The notes beneath the pieces were generated by a model, which was not told the origin of the DNA, did no database searches, and saw nothing but the letters and a program-made list of their open reading frames with translations. A stretch of DNA of 64,000 bases. Source: an uncultured Campylobacterales bacterium. Its GTDB lineage: Bacteria; Campylobacterota; Campylobacteria; Campylobacterales; Sulfurimonadaceae. The number at the start of each line of letters is the position of its first letter. The stretch's first letter is position 1. Positions 36,935-45,041 of this stretch are shown piece by piece. The translations under genes and the position numbers were made by a program. The stretch spans positions 4,211 through 68,210 of the forward strand of contig CBFDAB010000001.1 in assembly GCA_965602745.1 (NCBI GenBank), written 5' to 3'.

Positions 36935-38188
36935 ATGATTTTAGCATTTAGTCTGTTTTTAGTGACCTTAGTCTTTGTCATTTGGCAGCCAAAAGGTCTT
37001 CAGATTGGAACAAGTGCTGTTATAGGCGCACTTTTAGCCTTGGCTATAGGCATCGTCTCTCTTGATGATGTTTGGACGGTAACAAGTATAGTATGGGACG
37101 CGACACTCTCTTTTATAGGGATCATTATCCTCTCTATGGTACTTGATGAGATAGGATTTTTTGAGTGGGCAGCCTTGAAGATGGCTCGCTTGAGCAAGGG
37201 AAACGGGAACCTGATGTTTGTTTACATCATTATCCTTGGCGCTATAGTCGCGGCATTTTTTGCCAATGACGGTGCAGCCCTTATCTTAACACCCATCTTA
37301 TTGGCAAAGATGAAGCATCTGAATATGAAGCCCATTGCCGTCTTTGCTTTTTTAATGGCGGGAGGGTTTATAGGAGATTCGGCTTCTAATCCCTTAATCA
37401 TCTCAAACCTGACAAATATCGTTACAGCCGGCTATTTTGATATCGGTTTTTGGGAATATGCGAAGACGATGTTTTTACCGAACCTTCTAAGTATCATAGC
37501 CTCAATTGTCGTCTTATGGATCTTCTTTAGAAAAGACATCCCTAAGCATATAGATATTGAAAACCTTGCAAGCCCGGAGTCAGTCATCAAGAACAAGACA
37601 ATGTTTAAGCTCTCCTGGTATTTTTTGGCTCTTTTGATGGTGGGTTATTTTATAGGAGATCATTACAATCTTCCGGTCTCTGTATTTGCCCTGGGAGGAG
37701 GATTGGTCTTTTTAGCCATTGCGACTTACTTCAAGGCGACAAAGCCTCTTATGACGATAAAAGCGGCGCCTTGGCAGGTTGTCTGGTTTAGTATAGGTCT
37801 GTATGTTGTGGTCTATGGTCTGAAAAATGAGGGACTGACGGCTTATATCGCGGTTATCATAGATGCAATGGCTGGAGTAAATGAGAGCTTTGCCATTATA
37901 GGAACAGGCTTTTTAGCCGCAGCCTTAAGTTCGGTTATGAACAATATGCCGACGATTATGATCATGGATATTGCTATCTCAGAAACAGGAAGAGAGGCCT
38001 TGGCCTACGCAAATATCATAGGTTGTAATCTTGGACCAAAGATGACACCGATTGGTTCTTTAGCTACTCTCTTATGGCTGCATGTTCTCGCGAACAAGGG
38101 TGTGAAGATCTCTTGGGGAGAGTATATGAAGGTCGGACTTATCATCACTCCTCCAGTTCTTTTAACGGCACTGCTGGGGTTAATCTAA
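36935..38188 (+). CDS. arsB: arsenical pump membrane protein (ArsB family)
   Basis: 417-aa polytopic permease that follows arsR-arsC. It has ArsB/NhaD-type features (…FFANDGAALILTPI…, …MNNMPT…). Confidence 0.8.
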   Translation: MILAFSLFLVTLVFVIWQPKGLQIGTSAVIGALLALAIGIVSLDDVWTVTSIVWDATLSFIGIIILSMVLDEIGFFEWAALKMARLSKGNGNLMFVYIIILGAIVAAFFANDGAALILTPILLAKMKHLNMKPIAVFAFLMAGGFIGDSASNPLIISNLTNIVTAGYFDIGFWEYAKTMFLPNLLSIIASIVVLWIFFRKDIPKHIDIENLASPESVIKNKTMFKLSWYFLALLMVGYFIGDHYNLPVSVFALGGGLVFLAIATYFKATKPLMTIKAAPWQVVWFSIGLYVVVYGLKNEGLTAYIAVIIDAMAGVNESFAIIGTGFLAAALSSVMNNMPTIMIMDIAISETGREALAYANIIGCNLGPKMTPIGSLATLLWLHVLANKGVKISWGEYMKVGLIITPPVLLTALLGLI

Positions 38189-38258
38189 GAATGTAACGTT
38201 TTTTTTAACTAAAAACATCTATAATGTCATTATCGAATAATATACATAAGGAAATTTA

Positions 38259-38465
38259 ATGAAAAGCGATAGAATCCAAAGAACAATGATGGGTACAATG
38301 TTAGCCGTTATCTTATATCTGGTAAATATAGAAGAGCTGATGATAGCAAGTTATCTACTCTCTTTTATGGTAGTTATGGTCTTCTCTTGGGCTATATTTG
38401 ATTTTTGTCCATCTACATGGGGATTAAGAAAGATCTTGAAAGAAGAGTGTAAGAGTACTAAGTAA
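38259..38465 (+). CDS. DUF2892 (YgaP-like) small membrane protein
   Basis: 68 aa with an N-terminal DRIQRTMMG and a C-terminal FDFCPSTWGL pattern. Confidence 0.55.
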   Translation: MKSDRIQRTMMGTMLAVILYLVNIEELMIASYLLSFMVVMVFSWAIFDFCPSTWGLRKILKEECKSTK

Positions 38466-38489
38466 AGCAAACTAAGGTTTGCTTTTTTA
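38465..38489 (+). terminator. intrinsic terminator after the ars cluster
   Basis: Hairpin AAGCAAAC-taag-GTTTGCTT running into a T6 tract, starting at the stop codon. Confidence 0.65.
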
Positions 38490-38515
38490 GACTTCTACTG
38501 ACTTATATGATATGA

Positions 38516-38537
38516 ACGTCTTGTTCATGTTCTGTAC
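38516..38537. repeat. left arm of a long-range imperfect inverted repeat
   Basis: ACGTCTTGTTCATGTTCTGTAC, compared with the reverse complement of 38728-38750 (ACGTCTTGTTCTTGTTCGAGTAC). Confidence 0.5.
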
Positions 38538-38727
38538 TGACTCCGGGTATGGAGTCTTCCCTGCCTTTTTCAGACCCACTTTCATCTTTTGCCCCGTACC
38601 ATATGTAAATGCCGCGTGGCTATGACAAATAAGCCTGTAAGTACTTTTATCATATCTCTGTGCTCATTTTTATAAGAGGAATATAGGTCTTGTATTCGTG
38701 AAATAATATGTATAATACTTGTATCAC

Positions 38728-38750
38728 GTACTCGAACAAGAACAAGACGT
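38728..38750. repeat. right arm of a long-range imperfect inverted repeat
   Basis: GTACTCGAACAAGAACAAGACGT. It pairs with 38516-38537 and is separated from it by about 190 nt. Confidence 0.5.
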
Positions 38751-38831
38751 GGCCAGAGGAATACCGAAGGCATATAGTTTTGAAGGTTGAGATTACATAA
38801 TGATTTCATTTCAGTGTCAATATATATGATA

Positions 38832-38849
38832 TGTAACCGTAGTGTAATC
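38832..38849 (+). promoter_or_regulatory. putative Pho box upstream of the porin gene
   Basis: TGTAACC-gtag-TGTAATC, then 9 nt, then TATAAT (38859-38864). The ATG is at 38891. The architecture is the same as at pstS, pstC and phoU. Confidence 0.5.
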
Positions 38850-38890
38850 TTTGTCTTTTATAATGTCAGGAATTTAAACGGGAGATACAA

Positions 38891-40276
38891 ATGAAAATTA
38901 CTACATTAAGCATATTAACTGCAGTAGCACTCTCTGCAACATCTGCAAGTGCTTTAACACTATATACAGATCCAGCTTCGGGTCAAGTCTTTACACAAGC
39001 TGCTGACGGCCGCATCGAGATGGGAGACTTTGTTGATGCTAAAACAGTTTACATGGAAAACCAGGCTCAAGACTCAGCTGCAATGAAAAAAGAAGTTAAG
39101 CAAAAGGGCAACAAGATCACTATCATGAGAAAGGACTCTCCGGAATTTCTTTTAGGTCAAGAGACTAATATCAATATGAAATTTGTACCTGAAGACAATC
39201 CAGATATGTGGTTCAAAGCGGGTGTACGTATTCAAGGTACAATGGAAAACGTAGATTCTGACAGTAAAGGAAGCCAGTCTGACGCATACCTTCGCCGTAC
39301 ACGTCTTGAAGCTCAAGCTGGATTTGGAAAACATGCTTCTTTTGTAATGGATCTTCGTAATGACAAGGTAAACTTGGATCAAAAAGGTGAGCAGACATTT
39401 AATGTTGGAGATGCTTACGTTAAGATCAAGAAGCCTTTTGACACGTCACTGGTAAACTTCAAGCTTTACCGTGCAAAGATCGATGTTTCACGTACTGAAA
39501 CTGTTAAATCTGCTCGTGTAATTGCTTATGATCGTCCAAAAGTTGCTGATTATGCAGCGCAGTACATCACACATAACCGTCGTGGAACAAATGTTCAGGC
39601 CTATGGTGACTGGGAAAAGAAAGTACATTATCAAGTTGCAGTAGGTGATGCGACTTATGAAGGCAAGCTACAAGATGCGAAGGGTGAAGCGGTAGATGAT
39701 GCTACAGGCGGAGAGATTACTAAGCAGAGTTTCTTTCACGGTGGTAAAATCCGTTTCTCACCATTTGACGGCTGGGAAGAGACAAAAAGAACTGAGACAT
39801 ACATGGGTGAAGGAAAGCACTTTTCTGTCGGTGCAGGTTACTGGGCTGTTAATAGTATTCAAGTTAAGACTACAGCTGCAGGAACAGAAGACCTAAAGAA
39901 TGAGCTAATCAACCTTGAGGCATCTGCTCACTATAAGGGTCTGTTTGTTCAGGCTGAATACTTCAAGATGAAAGATATTGTCGAGGACTTTACTGCGGCT
40001 ACTCTTAATAAGGGTACATCTACGGGTTGGTATGCGACATCTGAGTATGTGTTTAAAGACCTTGCTTATTTAGCACCGTTTGTCCGCTACGAGAAGTGGG
40101 ACAAATTTGATGACCTAGATGGTTACGACTATACAGCGAAGATAGCCGGTGTAAACTGGTACCTTCGTGGAAATACGACAAAAGTCGGTCTTTATGTACA
40201 AAAAGAAGAAAAAGGTGTAAATATTGGTAACGATGACGTTACTACGGTACGCCTAACTTCACAGTGGTTCTTCTAG
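38891..40276 (+). CDS. phosphate-selective porin O/P (OprO/OprP)-family outer-membrane porin
   Basis: 461 aa with a signal peptide. It has the ...AGVNWYLRGNTTKVGLYVQ... motif and a terminal ...RLTSQWFF. Confidence 0.65.
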   Translation: MKITTLSILTAVALSATSASALTLYTDPASGQVFTQAADGRIEMGDFVDAKTVYMENQAQDSAAMKKEVKQKGNKITIMRKDSPEFLLGQETNINMKFVPEDNPDMWFKAGVRIQGTMENVDSDSKGSQSDAYLRRTRLEAQAGFGKHASFVMDLRNDKVNLDQKGEQTFNVGDAYVKIKKPFDTSLVNFKLYRAKIDVSRTETVKSARVIAYDRPKVADYAAQYITHNRRGTNVQAYGDWEKKVHYQVAVGDATYEGKLQDAKGEAVDDATGGEITKQSFFHGGKIRFSPFDGWEETKRTETYMGEGKHFSVGAGYWAVNSIQVKTTAAGTEDLKNELINLEASAHYKGLFVQAEYFKMKDIVEDFTAATLNKGTSTGWYATSEYVFKDLAYLAPFVRYEKWDKFDDLDGYDYTAKIAGVNWYLRGNTTKVGLYVQKEEKGVNIGNDDVTTVRLTSQWFF

Positions 40277-40302
40277 GAAGCCCACTGCTAACTCTCCTAA
40301 CA

Positions 40303-40329
40303 GAAGCAGAAGTAAAACACTTCTGCTTC
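40303..40329 (+). terminator. strong hairpin after the porin gene (terminator-like, no T-run)
   Basis: Perfect 11-bp stem GAAGCAGAAGT-aaaac-ACTTCTGCTTC. Confidence 0.4.
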
Positions 40330-40394
40330 ATTAATCACTTCATTCATCCCTTATGTTATAATCATATAAATATTACTATACATGAGGATAGCAA

Positions 40395-40856
40395 ATGCAA
40401 ACAAGTACTTTAATTATAATTTTAATTATTTTACTTTTGATATTGATCCCCCTGCTTCTATCTTATTTGGTCTATCCTGACGAAAAGGTCAATAAGCATC
40501 TGCCGAACCTACCTAAAAAAATAAAAAAAGAAGAACCGGTTATTTCAAAAAATGAGATCTTGAGTTTTGAAGAGATAGCTACTATCTTTTCACATAAGAA
40601 GAGTACAAAAGAGGACTTGCTCAGGGCTATTGAACAGCTTATAAGGCATCATGGAAAGATACAGGCAAAGCTTGGAGATCTTCCTCATCCCGACTTTAAA
40701 CGTTATTTGACCCTGATAATTGAATTATGCAACAATCCGCAAGTTGACAAGGATATTATCGTTTCTTTGGATAATAAGTTACGAACAAAAAATCCAAAAT
40801 ACGGTATGAATATTGATGAGGCTATCAACAAAGGTATAGCAAGAAGAGGGTTCTAG
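40395..40856 (+). CDS. hypothetical N-terminally membrane-anchored protein (153 aa)
   Basis: A single Leu/Ile-rich TM helix followed by a helical soluble domain. Its stop shares the palindrome CTAG with the convergent gene. Confidence 0.4.
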   Translation: MQTSTLIIILIILLLILIPLLLSYLVYPDEKVNKHLPNLPKKIKKEEPVISKNEILSFEEIATIFSHKKSTKEDLLRAIEQLIRHHGKIQAKLGDLPHPDFKRYLTLIIELCNNPQVDKDIIVSLDNKLRTKNPKYGMNIDEAINKGIARRGF

Positions 40857-41933
40857 AAAAAGAGGTCTTCCAGGTCTTCTTTATCGTTATGACTTGCCCC
40901 GCCTGAGAGAATACTCTCTGTTTGGATACAGTCACTGATAATAGAATTATCAAGGAAATGAATTTCTTCAGCAGTTTTGAGTACAAGAACCTCTTGTCTC
41001 CATGTATGTAGAGAATTGGCTATACCAAAAAGAAACTCTTTCATCTCTTTTATCATCTCAAGGTCTTTAACCTGCCCTAAGGCGCTTGCAAAGTTTTTTA
41101 ATGCTTCTGCTAGATTATTAAACTTATGTAAGTTAAAAAGCTGAAGCCCATACTCATGAAAGGCAGTAGATATGTCTTTTAAACTCTTAGGAGTAGGGTC
41201 TAATAGTTTTTGATGAATAATAAGCTCTAAGATCTCTTCTATTGATTCTAAATTATCCATTATGGTATCAAGGTCGCCCGTAAAACTAGCAACAAAGTCT
41301 TCTGCTGATTCAGTCTCAATTTTTGGAGTATAAAAGATAAGTTCTTCTTTTTTAATCTCTTTATTGTTTTCTATAGCATCAATAAGAGCGATACTCATAT
41401 TTTCATTTCGAGTAAGTTGATGAATATTTTTTTCTAGTTCACGGTTTTTGCTTTGAAGTTCTTTTAAGAGACTAGAAATACTTAGATTGTCTTCTTCTAT
41501 TTGAGAATGATATTCACGAAGTTCTTTAAGCTCCGTAAGACGTTTACATGAATGAAAAAGTACATGTATCATCTTTGAAAAGTCAATGGGTTTGATTAGA
41601 AATTTTTCTATTCCTAAGTCGATAAGCTGAATAAGGTATTGAGCGTCATTATGTGCAGAAGTGACGATAATACTCTGCGCAGGATTTATCTTTAAAATAT
41701 TTTCAATCATCTCAATGCCATTCATACGCGGCATATTTATATCAGTGATCACGAGATCAAACTTGGAGCTCTGATATTTTGTTAAACCTTCTTGTCCATC
41801 TTTGGCAGTTTCAAGTGAGGAGAACAAGTTCTTTAAAGACTCTCGCGTAATTATCTCTAATAGCATGATCATCTTCAACATATAGCACATTTAAAGCTCT
41901 GCAAAGTGGCAAGAGGTCTTCAGTACCGTACAT
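40853..41933 (-). pseudogene. CheY-like response regulator with unknown C-terminal domain, apparently frameshifted near the 5' end
   Basis: The frame starting at ATG 41933 encodes MYGTEDLLPLCRALNVLYVEDDHAIRDNYARVFKEL... and stops at 41811-41813. The long ORF (41890 down to 40853) continues in the +1 frame with ...FSSLETAKDGQEGL...FDLVITDINMP...IVTSAH...KP. Confidence 0.6.
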
Positions 41934-41937
41934 AAGA

Positions 41938-42444
41938 TTAGTTCACCCGTAAAGATGTATTTAGCATTTTTCTGGAACTATAATAGTTGATAAAGATCTT
42001 ACCCTTAATAAGTACAATACCTGTTGTCTCATACATGGTTGTTTCTGTTTTAACACCATCTATCTCAATGGTCTGAAGAAGTGTTGTCCTGATTAGGGCT
42101 GATTTGCCGTCTTTTTCTATATTAAAGCTTCTCTCTTTAACTTCAATAAGATTGCTTTGTACCTTTTTCCATGAAGCGCGTAGATCACGTTTATACTCGT
42201 TAAAAGTAAGGCGTTTGGTATTAGAAGTCTCAATATCTTGAGTAGTTATACTAACAGGAGTACGTCCAAGAAAATGTTTTTGCATTGCTTTGATATTCTT
42301 ATGTTCTTTAGCAATCTTAACAGCATCAAGCATCTTGGAAATATTAGTTTCATCCAGTTTTTTTACAGCAAATAGGTTTGTGCTTAAAAAAAGTGTGAAT
42401 AAGGTCAGTATTAATAGTCGCATGGTTATCTCCCTTTGTGTCAT
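41938..42444 (-). CDS. hypothetical exported protein (168 aa)
   Basis: Signal peptide MRLLILTLFTLFLSTNLFA. No family recognised. It lies 22 nt after the META gene and 4 nt before the regulator start. Confidence 0.4.
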   Translation of the reverse strand: MTQREITMRLLILTLFTLFLSTNLFAVKKLDETNISKMLDAVKIAKEHKNIKAMQKHFLGRTPVSITTQDIETSNTKRLTFNEYKRDLRASWKKVQSNLIEVKERSFNIEKDGKSALIRTTLLQTIEIDGVKTETTMYETTGIVLIKGKIFINYYSSRKMLNTSLRVN

Positions 42445-42466
42445 TTATTATAACTCAAAAATCAGC

Positions 42467-42877
42467 TTAATAATCTTCTTTTGCCTCAAAACGGGCTATT
42501 TCTACATTTTCATGAAATAAAATAAGCTGATCTCCTTGTATCTCAATATGATCTGTTTTATCTAAGACTTGTAAAAATTCACTGCTCTGTACCATGGCCT
42601 CTTCGCAAAACATTTTGGTGCTAATAATATGTTTAAAGCTAAATAAGTCTCCTGCTTGGACATAATCTGCACTTATATTGTTACAGCCGTCACTTCCGTG
42701 TAGGCTTGAATCATTTAGATGAAAGAGAAGATGAATTGAGGGTTGATTGTCTATAGTAAGGGGGTCTTTTCCATTAAGTTCGCTAAGGCTCCAATAGGTG
42801 TTCTTGAGTGCCATGTTGGGTGTTGGGGAACAGGCACCAAGAAAGAGAAGAGAAAAAATCAAAAGGTATATAGGCAT
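42467..42877 (-). CDS. META-domain (HslJ-like) lipoprotein
   Basis: Lipobox LGAC. ...LKNTYWSLSELNGK... and ...GSDGCNN... are typical of META domains. Confidence 0.65.
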   Translation of the reverse strand: MPIYLLIFSLLFLGACSPTPNMALKNTYWSLSELNGKDPLTIDNQPSIHLLFHLNDSSLHGSDGCNNISADYVQAGDLFSFKHIISTKMFCEEAMVQSSEFLQVLDKTDHIEIQGDQLILFHENVEIARFEAKEDY

Positions 42878-42879
42878 AT

Positions 42880-45027
42880 TTATCCTTCAGCATTTGGGCG
42901 AAAGATAAGGAAGGGCACATTTCCGTTTGAATGCTTTAGCCATACATTATCTTCTTTGGCTTCCATCTCGTTTTCACCAAGTTGAAGCTCTATTTTTCGT
43001 AATTTTCGTAACTTAGTTATAAGGACTTCGATCTCCGGATCATAAGAGAGTAGGATAATATAAGTATTTAGTCCCTTGATTATATCAGCATTACTTAGTT
43101 TTGGACTTGCAGCATATTTTTTTATTTGAACGATATATGCCATCTTAAGCATGGCTCCAACGAGGTTTGCTCGACTTTGTAAGGTGAAAAATTCACCCAG
43201 AGTCTCTTTGATCTTCTTCACATTACCTAAAAATGCAAGTTCCTCACATTTTTCTATCATCTCTTTCCATTTAGACTCTAAGTCCTGAGCCTCATTGAGT
43301 TCGATTAAAAAAGGATGTTCATCCAAGAGAGTATATGCCTTCTCATACTCATTATTATCATAAGCAAGAATGAACTTTTGTGCCGCTATGGCATATTTTT
43401 CCAAGACCTCTGCCTTGTCATGCAGATGAGGAACATTTAAAATAAGTTTTGCATATGTCTGCACCGTTTCAAAGTCTCTCTCTTTGAGTTTTTCTTTTGC
43501 GGCTTCAAAGACTTTCTCAGCCAAGTCCATAGCCTTTTGAAACTCTGTAGTCTCTTTAAGATAGCTATGCTTAGAGATAATGGTGAGAAGCTTTTTAAAA
43601 TCTTTTTCTTTTAGTCCGGAAATAAGGTCTCTAAAAACATCAGGATCATTGATAAGTGTTTGAATAAGAGGCATTTTTGAAGGTACATTATTAAAATTTC
43701 CCAGAATAAGCTTGGCCGTACCAGCATCATTCTTGCTCAACATGACTGTCTTGGCTTTTTCAAAAGATTTTTTCCATAAGCTCTCCACCTGTATGTATGA
43801 GGGAGTCAATTTTAAAGTAGGAGACTGCTCAGCCAGAGAGTAGGCAGCAGGGAGCTTTTTAGTGCTGATAAGCTGAGTAAAACGTTCATAAGAACCAAAA
43901 TCACGTAATAATACTTGTATAGTGCTGGTGATCTTTGGTACGCCTTGAAAACTATTTAAAAGTGCCTTTGCTTTGTCAGTCTCTTTGTTGATGAGTAGGC
44001 TAAATCCTATCTTATAAGTCTTTTCCCAGGTCTCATCAAACTCTTTTTTGGCTTCAGTGAATTCTAATAAGGGATTGTTCTTAACTACCTCATAGGCTTC
44101 TTTATAGGCTTTATTGCTAATCGCCTCTCTTAGATCTTCTTCGTTTTCAAGATTATAATAAGCGAGTTTCCCGTTTAGGCATCCGATGATAAGATGGTTT
44201 TTCTTCTCATTGAAGTCTATATAAGAGGGCACTCCTAGAGAGGAGATATAATGCGTATCTATAGCTTCATATGTGAGCAGAGAATAGATTGCAATAGCGT
44301 GTTGCGATCCGCTGACATAGAGTACTCTCCCGTCACAAGCCAGACCACGGACTTCACCGTGGGGTGTCATAAAGCGGGCAAGAACCTCTCCGCTAAGGTA
44401 GTTTAGAACAACTATCTCGCCTTCAGTGCTCCCGGTGGCGACGATATACTCTGTCACAAAGCAGATGGCAGATACACGTGACTTATGCTGTTTGTATTTT
44501 TTTGCCCTTGCCTTGGTATGGATGTTGGTGCATATCATAGAACCTTCAAAACCGCATGAGATAAGATAGCTCCCATCAGGAGAAAAGCGTAAGAAGGCGA
44601 CATAATCCGGATGCGAAGGGAAACGGGATATAAATAAGCCTCGTTCAACATTCCATAAATAGACTTTTCCATCTACTCCGCCACTGGCGAGGTACTTTCC
44701 ATTTGGTGAAAAACGTAAAGACTCAATCTCATCTGTATGCTTTAAGAAACTATGCAAAACTTTTTTAGCATGAGTGTCGATGATACGGATAACAGGCTTT
44801 TGTGTCTCAGTATAAGCTAGGTAGTTTCCATCAAGAGTGAAGTCAATGTTATGATTATTCTTGTCTGCTTTTGCCGCAGCAAGTTGCAAAGCAAAACGAC
44901 TCTCATAATTTTCATTTGAAATGATACGAAACTTATGTTCCGCATCTGCAATACCAAGAGCATCTTTTCCCACAGTTTGCATAGCAACAATAGCATGCTT
45001 AAGGTCTAAAGTTTTAAAAGGAGTCAT
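42880..45027 (-). CDS. WD40 beta-propeller plus 4x ~85-aa helical-repeat protein (paralog B)
   Basis: 715 aa with no signal peptide. WD-type blades are present (FSPNGKYLASGGVDGKVYLWNV, FSPDGSYLISCGFEG...). Four internal repeats follow, spanning about residues 305-640. Confidence 0.7.
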   Translation of the reverse strand: MTPFKTLDLKHAIVAMQTVGKDALGIADAEHKFRIISNENYESRFALQLAAAKADKNNHNIDFTLDGNYLAYTETQKPVIRIIDTHAKKVLHSFLKHTDEIESLRFSPNGKYLASGGVDGKVYLWNVERGLFISRFPSHPDYVAFLRFSPDGSYLISCGFEGSMICTNIHTKARAKKYKQHKSRVSAICFVTEYIVATGSTEGEIVVLNYLSGEVLARFMTPHGEVRGLACDGRVLYVSGSQHAIAIYSLLTYEAIDTHYISSLGVPSYIDFNEKKNHLIIGCLNGKLAYYNLENEEDLREAISNKAYKEAYEVVKNNPLLEFTEAKKEFDETWEKTYKIGFSLLINKETDKAKALLNSFQGVPKITSTIQVLLRDFGSYERFTQLISTKKLPAAYSLAEQSPTLKLTPSYIQVESLWKKSFEKAKTVMLSKNDAGTAKLILGNFNNVPSKMPLIQTLINDPDVFRDLISGLKEKDFKKLLTIISKHSYLKETTEFQKAMDLAEKVFEAAKEKLKERDFETVQTYAKLILNVPHLHDKAEVLEKYAIAAQKFILAYDNNEYEKAYTLLDEHPFLIELNEAQDLESKWKEMIEKCEELAFLGNVKKIKETLGEFFTLQSRANLVGAMLKMAYIVQIKKYAASPKLSNADIIKGLNTYIILLSYDPEIEVLITKLRKLRKIELQLGENEMEAKEDNVWLKHSNGNVPFLIFRPNAEG

Positions 45028-45041
45028 AGTCTTTCTCTTTC

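Noticed and set aside
38582-38809. 75-codon minus-strand ORF in the spacer upstream of the porin
   Set aside because: It has no RBS and no motif. It is oriented against both neighbours, and its sequence is basic and low-complexity. It is treated as non-coding, as described in the inverted-repeat finding.
40853-40856. Convergent genes share the palindrome CTAG as the stop codon on both strands
   Set aside because: It is real but trivial. It is a consequence of the TAG palindrome and has no functional implication beyond tight packing.
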